DNA of 64,000 nt from Candidatus Poribacteria bacterium (lineage in GTDB: Bacteria > Poribacteria > WGA-4E > WGA-3G). The stretch spans positions 4,000,001-4,064,000 of the forward strand of contig CAXXLX010000001.1 in the NCBI GenBank assembly GCA_963665235.2, in the 5' to 3' direction. Each line of letters starts with the position of its first letter. Position 1 is the stretch's first letter. A program made the translations under genes and the position numbers. The notes beneath the pieces were generated by a model. That model saw only the letters and a program-made list of their open reading frames with translations, did not search any database and was not told where the DNA came from. Shown here one piece after another: positions 8,906 to 18,324 of the stretch.

Positions 8906-10786
8906 CTACGAGGTCCGATGGTAAAACCACCATTCAACCGTGAGGAGACAGAGGGCAAGTAAGGCAGTCCAACGCCAGACCTCCTGCCGAATAGGTTGTA
9001 TCAGTGCGGTTTCATTTCGCCGCGGCTGTGATTGGACCTCTGTTGCAGGCGGCAAAAGTGCAGATTCAGTTGCGTCAAGTAGATTAACAGTGAAACGTTC
9101 AAGCGGTGTCCCTCCAACAAAGACGGTGTAAACACCAATCTGGTCTGTCTCAGTAAAAACCGCGCCATCTGTTCCCACTAAGGTCTTATCCGGTTTTTGC
9201 ACCTGAATATCGGATTTCTCATCGGCGGGCACCTCAATACTTAAGTGTTCTCCGGTGCGAAATGCGTTCTGCGTTCTACCGCCTTGAAAAACAAGCCGTT
9301 TAATCCGGGCGGTCCCCGCTTCAAACCATTCCAAGCATCGGTAAATAAACAGGGGCCCTTCAGGAATAGTTTTGACCAAGTCACAGATTTTTGGGTTGAA
9401 CGCATCGAACTCAAAAACTAACATTTGCCTACCCGTTTCTATGCCTAGCCATATCAGCGAACCCTTCTCGGTTTCAACGAGTGAATGTCCCCAGCTCGGT
9501 AAATCCCGATGCACAGATTCCGCCACCTGTAACCCTATCAGCGATACGTCCTGCATAAGTGGATGCGTTCTGTTTTCTGCAATAATGGTGACAGGTGTTT
9601 GGGTAGTTTGAATTGGGGTTTCCTGCATGAATAGCAGTTCATCCCTCGGATTGATAAACATTAGGTTTTGCGTCTGCAAGGTGCCGAATGCGTCGCGTTT
9701 AGGGGTTGTCCCGATATCAAAAACGGTTATATCAGCGTCGCCTGTGCCGTGATATTCATCGGAGGATATCAGTTGAAGTTCCACACGGTCTCCGTAGGAC
9801 TGCAAGAGATGCTGTAATATAGGTTGTCTTCTGTCACTGACGAGCAAAATCTGTAAGGGTTTTACAGTCTGAAGGCGTGCCCAGGCCTGATTATCCAATT
9901 CAAAATCGTCGTCGATGTCAAGGTGTAGGCTGATAACCACCCCCTCTAATCCTTCCGCAGTAGTCATAAAGCGGACAGAATCTCTCTTTCTTGCGGGAAG
10001 TTTCAGCACTTTGTCATCGAAACCAACTTTACCTTCTGCTTCCAAACGAATATCAACCGTTTTTGCGGTATCTGTCCAATTCTGCACAGCGGCGAAAACG
10101 GTATACGTATTGGCCACTCTCTCCACACTGAATTGCACAATACCGACATTCTCCGCGGTGCCCCCTATCGGGATTTTGTTGATGGGAAGGTCGGGGGTGT
10201 CCGGTAAATTCTCAAACGTATCACTGATAAACAAAACGTCATCTTGGGGTGAATCTATGTACCGGACTGCTGCGTCAAGTGCTGGTCGGGGATTAGTAGC
10301 GATATGAGTTTGCCTAATATTTTCAATAGCGTGCTGTAGTTTTTCTTCATCCGTTGTGAAAGCCTGTTGGATATATGTGCCTTGTGATGCGTGCGTAGTC
10401 ATCACCATTGTGTTTCTGCTGCGTGCATGCTTTTTCGCTTCCGCCTTTGCCAATTCGAGGCGAGTTTTTCCGAGCGCGCTCGCCTGCATACTTGCCGAAT
10501 TGTCAACAACGATGACAGTTTTTCCGAGCGCGGTTCCGGTCCGATGTAACGCAGGGCGCGCCACACTGACAATGACAAGGAGTAAAAACACGGTTTGTAA
10601 AATTGGCAATAGGAGGTTTCGCAGACGTTGGAAGGGGATATTCGCTTTCTGCGCTTCAGCACTTGTGCGCCAGAGCAGTATGCTCGGGACAACGTAACGT
10701 TGTCGGCGCAGCTTCAGAAAGTGCAGCGCAATCACGATAGGAATAGTTCCGAGCAGATAAAACGCAACCGGGTTCAGGAAGGCCAT
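8906..10786 (-). CDS. BatA/vWA domain membrane protein
   Basis: BatA N-terminus (PIVIALHFLK...PS), MIDAS DNSASM, C-terminal TM ending EWW. Confidence 0.85.
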   Translation of the reverse strand: MAFLNPVAFYLLGTIPIVIALHFLKLRRQRYVVPSILLWRTSAEAQKANIPFQRLRNLLLPILQTVFLLLVIVSVARPALHRTGTALGKTVIVVDNSASMQASALGKTRLELAKAEAKKHARSRNTMVMTTHASQGTYIQQAFTTDEEKLQHAIENIRQTHIATNPRPALDAAVRYIDSPQDDVLFISDTFENLPDTPDLPINKIPIGGTAENVGIVQFSVERVANTYTVFAAVQNWTDTAKTVDIRLEAEGKVGFDDKVLKLPARKRDSVRFMTTAEGLEGVVISLHLDIDDDFELDNQAWARLQTVKPLQILLVSDRRQPILQHLLQSYGDRVELQLISSDEYHGTGDADITVFDIGTTPKRDAFGTLQTQNLMFINPRDELLFMQETPIQTTQTPVTIIAENRTHPLMQDVSLIGLQVAESVHRDLPSWGHSLVETEKGSLIWLGIETGRQMLVFEFDAFNPKICDLVKTIPEGPLFIYRCLEWFEAGTARIKRLVFQGGRTQNAFRTGEHLSIEVPADEKSDIQVQKPDKTLVGTDGAVFTETDQIGVYTVFVGGTPLERFTVNLLDATESALLPPATEVQSQPRRNETALIQPIRQEVWRWTALLALCLLTVEWWFYHRTS

Positions 10787-10826
10787 TTCTCACAGTTCGC
10801 AATTGGGAGATTGCTCCTACGGGCGG

Positions 10827-10881
10827 ATAGTTCTATATACCGCGATGGATAGGGTTTAGCTCTGCACCGCGGTATATAGAG
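10827..10881. repeat. Intergenic inverted repeat
   Basis: TCTATATACCGCG ... CGCGGTATATAGA. Confidence 0.6.
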
Positions 10882-10894
10882 ACATTGTCCACCG

Positions 10895-11344
10895 TTAGGC
10901 GTTAGGATTTTGGGCCGGGGGTGTCGTCTGTGCTTCTGTAGCAGCGGCGGATTCTGGATTCATTTTTTCGTTGAGCTTATGAATGACCTCCTCCGCATCT
11001 AATCTGCCGACTTCACCATAGTTTTGCAGACGTTCACAAGCTACCCGAACCTTATCGTATTCAGCAAGTTCCAGATAGATGTTTGCTAAATTTTTGTGCA
11101 TCTCTCGGAAGACACCGGGCCAATTCCGTTCACCTTCCTTGTCTACAATACGGGTTGCATTTTCAATAGCCGTGTTGACAACGGTATCGAGCTCAGCTTT
11201 TTCTGCAGCGGAGGTAGATGGACTATCCTGTTGCTGTTTCTCATTGTAGGCGCGTAAGGCACCCAACGCCTTATCGCATTGATTGTAAGTCTTTTCAATG
11301 CTCAAGACACCTTCAAAGATTCTGGATAAGAACCCAAATTTCAT
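10895..11344 (-). CDS. Hypothetical helical protein with one TPR-like segment
   Basis: 149-aa ORF with GGAG RBS; HKNLANIYLELAEYDKV. Confidence 0.7.
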   Translation of the reverse strand: MKFGFLSRIFEGVLSIEKTYNQCDKALGALRAYNEKQQQDSPSTSAAEKAELDTVVNTAIENATRIVDKEGERNWPGVFREMHKNLANIYLELAEYDKVRVACERLQNYGEVGRLDAEEVIHKLNEKMNPESAAATEAQTTPPAQNPNA

Positions 11345-11383
11345 AAAAGCAGGTCTCCATCAGGAACGGATTGCGGTCTATCC

Positions 11384-12163
11384 TTAAAAAGCACTTTTCA
11401 GTTGACCCCAGGTAACTGCCAGTTTGTTTTTCGCTTCCACAGCGAGTGCCGCGGCCACACCGATTTCCATAGAGGTTTTAACCTCCTCCTCGGTCAATGC
11501 TTTTGAATAGATGACGGCTTCATCAATAATCGCATCCTCAACCGGGTGGGTGTTTGGACCTTCACCTGCACCGACAAAGATTTCCGCTTTTTCGAATTTC
11601 TTAAACACAATGTTTTCGTCTCTTGAGCCGATTAATTCACCATCGACGTATATTTTCCCATCTTTTCCATTGGCGACTAAAACATAGTGGTACCATCTAT
11701 TCAATTCAAATGTGAAGTCAGGGAGACTTTTGTCTTTGTGGTGTCCCGCATCCCAAAACGGGTGAAAACTGGGGTCCACCATCAGGCGGAATTCGCAGCA
11801 TCCGACATCTGTCGTCTCAATTGAGATAATACCGTCCCAATTGGAATGCGCCTTTAGATGGAACCACGCTTCCATCGTAACTTCGCCGTTTTCACCGATT
11901 GGCACGACAAATTCGTTTGCGGGACTCAGTTTGACAACCCCACCAGTTAAATGGATTGCTTTGCCAAATTGACCGTCAACAAGTTTTCCAGCCCCGGCCA
12001 ATTCAGCATCGTTGCCGTTGCCGGAGTCATCTTTGACCGTCTGTCCATTAAGTTTATCGAAAGAGTAATAAACGAGGATATCAGCCTGTTCAATAGCATA
12101 CACGAGGCTGACAGCGAAAATGAACATCAAAGCGAGTGATAAAACAGTTAGATTTTTAATCAA
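11384..12163 (-). CDS. Secreted LamG/concanavalin A-like domain protein with C-terminal AVEAKNKLAVTWGQLK motif
   Basis: Signal peptide; YYSFD, WYHYV, IYVDG, IDE.IY..AL motifs; TTG start after AAGGAGG. Confidence 0.9.
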   Translation of the reverse strand: MIKNLTVLSLALMFIFAVSLVYAIEQADILVYYSFDKLNGQTVKDDSGNGNDAELAGAGKLVDGQFGKAIHLTGGVVKLSPANEFVVPIGENGEVTMEAWFHLKAHSNWDGIISIETTDVGCCEFRLMVDPSFHPFWDAGHHKDKSLPDFTFELNRWYHYVLVANGKDGKIYVDGELIGSRDENIVFKKFEKAEIFVGAGEGPNTHPVEDAIIDEAVIYSKALTEEEVKTSMEIGVAAALAVEAKNKLAVTWGQLKSAF

Positions 12164-12197
12164 TTTACTGTTCCTCCTTAATTTTCTTAGTGACACA

Positions 12198-12226
12198 ATT
12201 ATAACAAAAATATGGAACGGTGTCAA
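12198..12226 (-). promoter_or_regulatory. Consensus sigma70 promoter for LamG gene
   Basis: TTGACA-17 nt-TATAAT. Confidence 0.8.
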
Positions 12227-12267
12227 GGAATAAATTCGTGAAAGTTTTACAAAGTTTTACAACCCCG

Positions 12268-12296
12268 TTGCTAAAATCTGCGAAAAGTGCTATAAT
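12268..12296 (+). promoter_or_regulatory. Promoter for uppP (extended -10)
   Basis: TTGCTA-17 nt-TATAAT with TG at the extended -10 position. Confidence 0.6.
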
Positions 12297-12303
12297 ATCA
12301 ACC

Positions 12304-13119
12304 ATGACATTTTTTGAAGCAATTCTTCTCGGCATTTTACAAGGACTAACCGAATTTCTACCTATCAGCAGCTCGGGCCATCTCGTCTTGGCACAAAAGT
12401 TTCTGGGGCTGAAGGAGCCGCTCGTCTTTTTTGATGTGATGTTGCACCTCGGGACGCTAGCTGCGATTGTAGTTGTCTATTGGCGCACAATAGGACGGTT
12501 GATAGAAGGCGGATTTTCTGCTGTCGGGAGCTCCCAGTTCTATCGGCATCCGATGGCAACGCTCAACGCGTCTGCTGACCTGAAGTTTATTTGGTTCATC
12601 CTACTCGGCTCTATTCCGACAGGCATCATCGCTGTGTTGTTCAAGGATTCGCTTGAGTCTATCTTCGACAAAGTGCAGATTGTAAGCATCATGTTAATCG
12701 TTACAGGGATGATTCTTCAACTCCCTCGGTTGCGGCGGAGCAAAGAAGCGGATGCATCCCTGAAAGCATGGCATGCCCCGCTTATCGGCATAGCGCAAGG
12801 CGGTGCCATTACGCCCGGTATTTCGCGTTCCGGAACGACTATTTCGTTAGCACTCCTATTCGGAATTTCGGCAAAGACAGCAGCGGAATACTCCTTCCTG
12901 CTTTCAATTCCCGCGATACTTGGTGCCGTGGCACTCAAAATACGGGATATCGGAGACACTGCAATCCCTATTTATACAACCGCTGCGGGAATGCTTGCCG
13001 CGTTTATCGTTGGTTATATTGCGTTGCGATATCTGTTAGTGGTACTAAACCGTGGCAAATTCTCAATATTCTCCTACTACTGCATCGCTTTAGGGATAGT
13101 TGCCCTGATAATTTCTTAA
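12304..13119 (+). CDS. uppP: Undecaprenyl-diphosphatase
   Basis: GILQGLTEFLPISSSGHL and PGISRSG motifs. Confidence 0.95.
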   Translation: MTFFEAILLGILQGLTEFLPISSSGHLVLAQKFLGLKEPLVFFDVMLHLGTLAAIVVVYWRTIGRLIEGGFSAVGSSQFYRHPMATLNASADLKFIWFILLGSIPTGIIAVLFKDSLESIFDKVQIVSIMLIVTGMILQLPRLRRSKEADASLKAWHAPLIGIAQGGAITPGISRSGTTISLALLFGISAKTAAEYSFLLSIPAILGAVALKIRDIGDTAIPIYTTAAGMLAAFIVGYIALRYLLVVLNRGKFSIFSYYCIALGIVALIIS

Positions 13120-13137
13120 GGCCCCTGCCGACAATTG

Positions 13138-14631
13138 TTACCAATACGTATACAGCAGCACCTCAGCGATAATGAGTTGGGCGGCCAGCAGCCCCGCAAC
13201 CCAATAAAAATCTGAACGGGGACGCGTCGTAAGGTATTTGGCAACAGGAATAACGAAAAACGGGACCATGAAAATCCAGATACGTTCCACCTCCATCGTA
13301 AACAGGGTCGAAAAGGTGAAAAACAGAAGCGTTATCAGAAAACCGATGACGAACGTGTCCAACTTTTCATGATGAAATATCCACCGAACACCGGCTTCTT
13401 TGTTTTCCACATCCTGCTTCCACTCACGGAGTGTTAGCATGAGTTGTCGGAGCCATACAGTTGTTATCGGAATGCCTACGCCAATTAGGAAAGCGAAGAG
13501 ATTTGCGAAACTCAAGTGGAAATACCGGTCAACGGTTTCGTATCCTGTGCCCATGCCCGCCTCATCTTTTTTTATCGCTGCCCAAAGTGCCTCAATTGGC
13601 TGGAAACCTGTTAGGATGAAAAGCAGTAGGTAAAATCCGATGAAACCTGCCCCGGCGAACAGTCCGACCTTCACGTACTGCACGAAACGCTTCCGCTCCA
13701 ATAGCGCAATGACGCACAAGAAAACACCGATGACCACCGTGGAATACGACATAAACATGCCGAGCGCAAGAGCAATTCCCGTTAATAAACTGTAGGGACG
13801 AAATGTGCGCCATCTGAGGTCCGGAGCGGTTTCGCGTGCCCTGGCTTCATAAAAGAGGTAGAGGCTAAGAATTGGAAAGACGCTAAAGGGGCCGTCCATT
13901 GACGTTGCGGTAAACATGACAAAGTTAGGCGTGATAAGGAAAAGCAGGAGGGCGTAAAGCGCGACCCTTTCACCGTACAGGCGTTCGCCAAGTTTATAGA
14001 GCGGTATGACGGTAACAGCGGTGAAAAGAATTGAGACTAACGATGCGGAGATAAGGTTGTAACCGAAAATTTTACTGGAAAACCATAAGAAAATCACGCC
14101 GCCCGGCGGATGCGTTCGCGTGTGGCCAGAAAGCGTATCAAATAGCTCTGGTGTACTGAAATCCCGTAAAAATGTACGGAGCCCATGCTTATCAACATGT
14201 GGAACATCGCCATAGTATTCCAGCGACGTTCGGGTGTAGGGCTCCAGTAGGGCTAATATACGCGTTGTCCCGTTTGCTGCCGCCTGTTCCCGATAGCCAT
14301 CAATTTGTGCAACGCTAATATGAATAGCGAGGAAACAGATAATCGCTATACCGAGCCACACCCGCCGGTTGATACCGTTTAGAAGAAGGCATTTGTGACA
14401 GAGATAGAGAAATCCGATACACACAAGCAGGGCGGGCAGAAGCCACAAACTCAGGTCAAGTTGCGGGATGGCGTAGAGCGGGACGAAGTGTCGACTATAG
14501 TTAACTGCGCCAAGGTCCAGTCCTGTTTCGCGCATAATATATACCATAAGTTTATGATATAAATAGAAAAACAGTGCAAGCGCGAAAATCTGCGTAACAA
14601 TGGACTGGACCGCTTTTTTAAAAATACGCAT
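13138..14631 (-). CDS. GT-C fold membrane glycosyltransferase (PMT/GT39-like)
   Basis: Multi-TM; HPPG motif; ERIW near the C-terminus. Confidence 0.7.
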   Translation of the reverse strand: MRIFKKAVQSIVTQIFALALFFYLYHKLMVYIMRETGLDLGAVNYSRHFVPLYAIPQLDLSLWLLPALLVCIGFLYLCHKCLLLNGINRRVWLGIAIICFLAIHISVAQIDGYREQAAANGTTRILALLEPYTRTSLEYYGDVPHVDKHGLRTFLRDFSTPELFDTLSGHTRTHPPGGVIFLWFSSKIFGYNLISASLVSILFTAVTVIPLYKLGERLYGERVALYALLLFLITPNFVMFTATSMDGPFSVFPILSLYLFYEARARETAPDLRWRTFRPYSLLTGIALALGMFMSYSTVVIGVFLCVIALLERKRFVQYVKVGLFAGAGFIGFYLLLFILTGFQPIEALWAAIKKDEAGMGTGYETVDRYFHLSFANLFAFLIGVGIPITTVWLRQLMLTLREWKQDVENKEAGVRWIFHHEKLDTFVIGFLITLLFFTFSTLFTMEVERIWIFMVPFFVIPVAKYLTTRPRSDFYWVAGLLAAQLIIAEVLLYTYW

Positions 14632-14709
14632 TTTTTCTGTAAGGGGTTATTATTCCACCTAGCCTTCAATCCGCTCTGCTTGCGCTGACCGTTACCCATA
14701 AATTCAGGA

Positions 14710-14967
14710 CTACTTCCCGTTTGTTACCAAAGTTCGCATGAACACAGCGAAACTCTCTGCCTGTGCAGCTGTTCGGAGCAGTGCTTTGAGACGTGGCAGG
14801 TCTTCTATACTTTCAAGCGACAGCTGTAACGTCTGATCTGTGCCAATGCGAAATCGAGTTTCAAGGACATCCAAGATGCTTTCAACAGCATTTTGTTGTC
14901 GCCCTTCTTGTCGCCCCTGTTCGATACCTTCCTGTAAGATATATCGGTAAGTTGATGATTCAAGCAT
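14710..14967 (-). CDS. Rpn (recombination-promoting nuclease) family C-terminal domain; orphan or truncated
   Basis: MLESSTYRYILQEGIEQGRQEGRQ...LETRF...IEDL..L..LL..A; GGAGG RBS before ATG 14967; N-terminal nuclease domain absent. Confidence 0.7.
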   Translation of the reverse strand: MLESSTYRYILQEGIEQGRQEGRQQNAVESILDVLETRFRIGTDQTLQLSLESIEDLPRLKALLRTAAQAESFAVFMRTLVTNGK

Positions 14968-15033
14968 AGAACCCTCCATTAAATGTTTGATTTCCGATGG
15001 GTCAGCGATTAACCCGCTCAAAATCCATTGCCA

Positions 15034-15160
15034 TATTAGCGATTGGCAATTAGCGGTTAGCAATTAGCAAGAGGAAGAGGACACTGACGCGCGTTAGAGT
15101 TCGGACTGTAATCAGAAAATCTTGCCAATAGCCAATGGTTTCCAATAGCCATTAGCCAGC
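15034..15160. repeat. Dispersed heptamer-repeat element at the Rpn truncation point
   Basis: ATTAGC(G/A) and CCAATAG repeats around a TGACGCGCGTTAGA core, as at 1885. Confidence 0.7.
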
Positions 15161-15193
15161 GAAGCATAATAGGATGTTATCCTTTTACTACAA

Positions 15194-15788
15194 TAACCTA
15201 AGTTGCCACATAGTAGCATAATCTTCCAGATTGTGCCATATTTGTGTGCAAATTGGAAGTGAACGGGACAAATATTAGCTAATTATCAGCATATTTTCAT
15301 TAAAGACGGTGTTTCCAGGTCTAAAAACTTATAATACCATTTTTATTAATTATTCTATCATTACCGGTTGTTGGAAATGAAACGGAGAACGGAAGACACA
15401 AACTGGAAGTTTATGCTACGATAAAGAACACAAACTGGAAGTTTATGCTACGATAAAGAACACAAACTGGAAGTTTATGCTACGATAAAGAACACAAACT
15501 GGAAGTTTATGCTACGATAAAGAACACAAACTGGAAGTTTATGCTACGATAAAGAACACAAACTGGAAGTTTATGCTACGATAAAGAACACAAACTGGAA
15601 GTTTATGCACGATAAAGAACACAAACTGGAAGTTTATGCTACGATAAAGAACACAAACTGGAAGTTTATGCTACGATAAAGAACACAAACTGGAAGTTTA
15701 TGCTACGATAAAGAACACAAACTGGAAGTTTATGCTACAATAAAGAGATATTTTCAATTAGAAATGGTATAAGTAGCAACTTGGGTTA
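15194..15788. mobile_element. MITE family A copy containing a nested family B insertion
   Basis: Near-identical to 5777-5932 outside 15335-15772; CAA duplicated on both flanks. Confidence 0.88.
15335..15769. mobile_element. MITE family B with 11 tandem 32-bp REP units
   Basis: TIR TACCATTT / AAATGGTA; TAA TSD confirmed by the empty site at 5913; unit ACAAACTGGAAGTTTATGCTACGATAAAGAAC. Confidence 0.92.
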
Positions 15789-15886
15789 CAATATAGAGAT
15801 AATAAGGGACAACCAGCATTAATATTATACACTTAAATTGGAACCGATGCCAATCTTTTCAGCAGCCGAGTAAAGCTCCCCATCAT

Positions 15887-17002
15887 TCAAATCGTTTCGG
15901 AGGCTTGCAATTGCTGTGCTGCCTCTAATAACGCGTTCGCCAAAAACTCCGGATTAACCTCATCACTGCCGCGGAAGGTGCGCACCCGTTCCCCGTTCAC
16001 CTTTAGCACAGCGAGCTCTCTGCCGCCCAGATGTATACCGACCTTAGCGTTGCGTGTTTCACCGGGGCCGTTGACTTCACAGCCCATCACCGCAACTGGC
16101 ATATTGATACCGTGTTTTTCCAAAAGCTCCTCTGCAACAGCAACGATATCTTCATAACCCGCCGTAGGGTCACCGCGTCCGCAGAAGGGACAGGAGATAA
16201 CATCTAATATATCCTCTGCCATACCGAGTGCCCGCAGGAGTTCTTTGGCAGTTAACACCTCCTCAACCGGGTCGCCGGTAATGGAGATGCGGATAGTGTC
16301 CCCGATACCTTCCAACAACAACGTACCGATGCCGAGTGTAGATTTAACGTGTGCACGGCGCGGCGTGCCAGCCTCCGTTACGCCAAGGTGTAACGGATAA
16401 CGCACCTTCGCTGAAAGCAATCGGTTCGCTTCTATCATCCGTAGCGGGTCGCTGGATTTGACAGAGATGGCGATGTCCGTAAAATCGTGTGTTTCGCAGA
16501 TATTGACGTGCCGCATAGCACTCTCTACCAACGCGGCTGCTGTCGGTGATGGGTATTTTTCCAACAGGTCTTTTTCAAGCGAGCCCTCGTTAACACCGAT
16601 ACGAATGGGGATATTTGCTGCCTTGGCAGCGGATAACACCTGCGCAATCCGCTTTTCATTACCGATGTTGCCCGGGTTGATGCGAACTTTTGCAACCCCC
16701 GCATCTACCGCGGCAAGCGCGAATTGGTAGTTAAAATGGATATCAGACACAATCGGCACTGGGGAACGTTTGACTAAGGCACTGAGTGCCTTCGCGTCTC
16801 TCTCTTCTGGTACTGCGACGCGGACGATGTGCGCGCCTGCTTCCGCACACCTTTCAACCTGTGCCAACGTTGCATCGACATCGTGAGTTAGCGTTGTCGT
16901 CATCGTCTGAATAGGGATGGGATTGCCACCCCCAATCGGTACCGTTCCTACCTGAATTGTTCGGGTCGGTTTTCGGTTATCAATCTGAATTAGTTCTTTC
17001 AT
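15887..17002 (-). CDS. ispG: 4-hydroxy-3-methylbut-2-en-1-yl diphosphate synthase
   Basis: SDIHF, RINPGN, PLHLGVTEAG, GDTIRIS, CPFCGR, MGCEVNGPGE. Confidence 0.96.
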   Translation of the reverse strand: MKELIQIDNRKPTRTIQVGTVPIGGGNPIPIQTMTTTLTHDVDATLAQVERCAEAGAHIVRVAVPEERDAKALSALVKRSPVPIVSDIHFNYQFALAAVDAGVAKVRINPGNIGNEKRIAQVLSAAKAANIPIRIGVNEGSLEKDLLEKYPSPTAAALVESAMRHVNICETHDFTDIAISVKSSDPLRMIEANRLLSAKVRYPLHLGVTEAGTPRRAHVKSTLGIGTLLLEGIGDTIRISITGDPVEEVLTAKELLRALGMAEDILDVISCPFCGRGDPTAGYEDIVAVAEELLEKHGINMPVAVMGCEVNGPGETRNAKVGIHLGGRELAVLKVNGERVRTFRGSDEVNPEFLANALLEAAQQLQASETI

Positions 17003-17078
17003 AATTTTTGAATTTACTTTGCAGTTTGGTAAGGCGAATCTAAAGAAAAACGAACCTCGCCATATATAGACCGCTTTT

Positions 17079-18179
17079 TTATACAAGTGTTTTAAGTGCT
17101 TCAAGAAAACGTTCATTTTCCCGCTGTGTGCCAATAGTGACGCGAATCGCGTTTGGGTACCCGTAGCCTGCCATTTGGCGAACAATGACCCCTTTTCTCA
17201 GCATCGCCTCTGCCAGTTCGGCCCCGGAGGTGTTAACAAATACCATGATGAAATTTCCCTCGGTTTTGATATAACGCAGTCCGAGTTGATCAAAGGCGGC
17301 ATAGAGGAACATTTTTCCTTCCGCGTTCAGTTTTTGACTTCTTTCAACGTAATCGGCATCTTTCAGTGCGGCGCGTGCGGCTGCCTGTGCAACCGCGTTA
17401 CAATTAAAGGGTTGTCGAACAGGATTCATCGTGTCGATGACAGAAGCCGGTGCAATACCGTAGCCTATCCGCAAACCCGCAAGCCCATAGATCTTAGAGA
17501 ACGTTCGGGTGATAATGAAGTTACGCTCCTCCATAACATAGGCGAGCGTCTCTGGATAGTCGGGATGTGCAACGTATTCGTAATATGCTTCGTCGAAGAT
17601 AACGAGCACATCTTCTGGTACCTGTGCCATAAATTGCGCAGTTTCAGTTGCCGTAACGATTGTCCCTGTCGGGTTATTGGGATTCGCGATGAAAATTACC
17701 TTCGTTTTATCCGTAATCGCCGCGGCCATTGCTGACAGGTGATGTGCATCGTTCTGCATCGGAACGACAATGGAGGTTGCACCTGTCACCTTGGCGACGA
17801 GCCCGTAGACGACAAACGCGCCTTCAGCGTAAATCACTTCATCCCCGGGGCCGAGGTAGGTTTCACCGACCAATTGTAGCACCTCATTGGAACCGTTTGT
17901 TAGAATCAGCTGTTTTTCGGAAACGCCGAGGTGTTTTGCCAAATCTGCTTTGAGATAGTAGGCGTTGCCATCGGGATAAAGATGCACCTGTTTGGCACTA
18001 TCCGCAATCGCTTGCATCGCCAACGGTGAAGGCCCGAGTGGGTTTTCGTTCGAGGCCAACTTGATAATATCGGAGATGCCGAGTTCACGTTTGACCTCTT
18101 CTATCGGTTTGCCGCCCTGATAGGCTTTTATCGTTTCAATACCGGGTTTCGGTTTTAAGTTTTTCTGTGCTGTATTCAC
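17079..18179 (-). CDS. hisC: Histidinol-phosphate aminotransferase
   Basis: KLASNENP, NPNNPTG, DEAY, RTFSKIYGLAGLRIGY. Confidence 0.95.
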   Translation of the reverse strand: MNTAQKNLKPKPGIETIKAYQGGKPIEEVKRELGISDIIKLASNENPLGPSPLAMQAIADSAKQVHLYPDGNAYYLKADLAKHLGVSEKQLILTNGSNEVLQLVGETYLGPGDEVIYAEGAFVVYGLVAKVTGATSIVVPMQNDAHHLSAMAAAITDKTKVIFIANPNNPTGTIVTATETAQFMAQVPEDVLVIFDEAYYEYVAHPDYPETLAYVMEERNFIITRTFSKIYGLAGLRIGYGIAPASVIDTMNPVRQPFNCNAVAQAAARAALKDADYVERSQKLNAEGKMFLYAAFDQLGLRYIKTEGNFIMVFVNTSGAELAEAMLRKGVIVRQMAGYGYPNAIRVTIGTQRENERFLEALKTLV

Positions 18180-18324
18180 GGGTGTCCTAATCTAAATCTG
18201 CGTTGACACTCCTTGGAAGTGCAACTTTTGGTTCTATTTCGCTACTTTCTGTCCGCTCCTTTATAGTATAACACGGTTTAGTGTTTTTTTGTAGCAAAAT
18301 TTAATTAGTCGTTCGATTGCAACA

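Noticed and set aside
15398-15745. CRISPR array (32-bp period)
   Set aside because: Units are contiguous with no unique spacers, they lie within a TIR/TSD element, and no cas genes are present.
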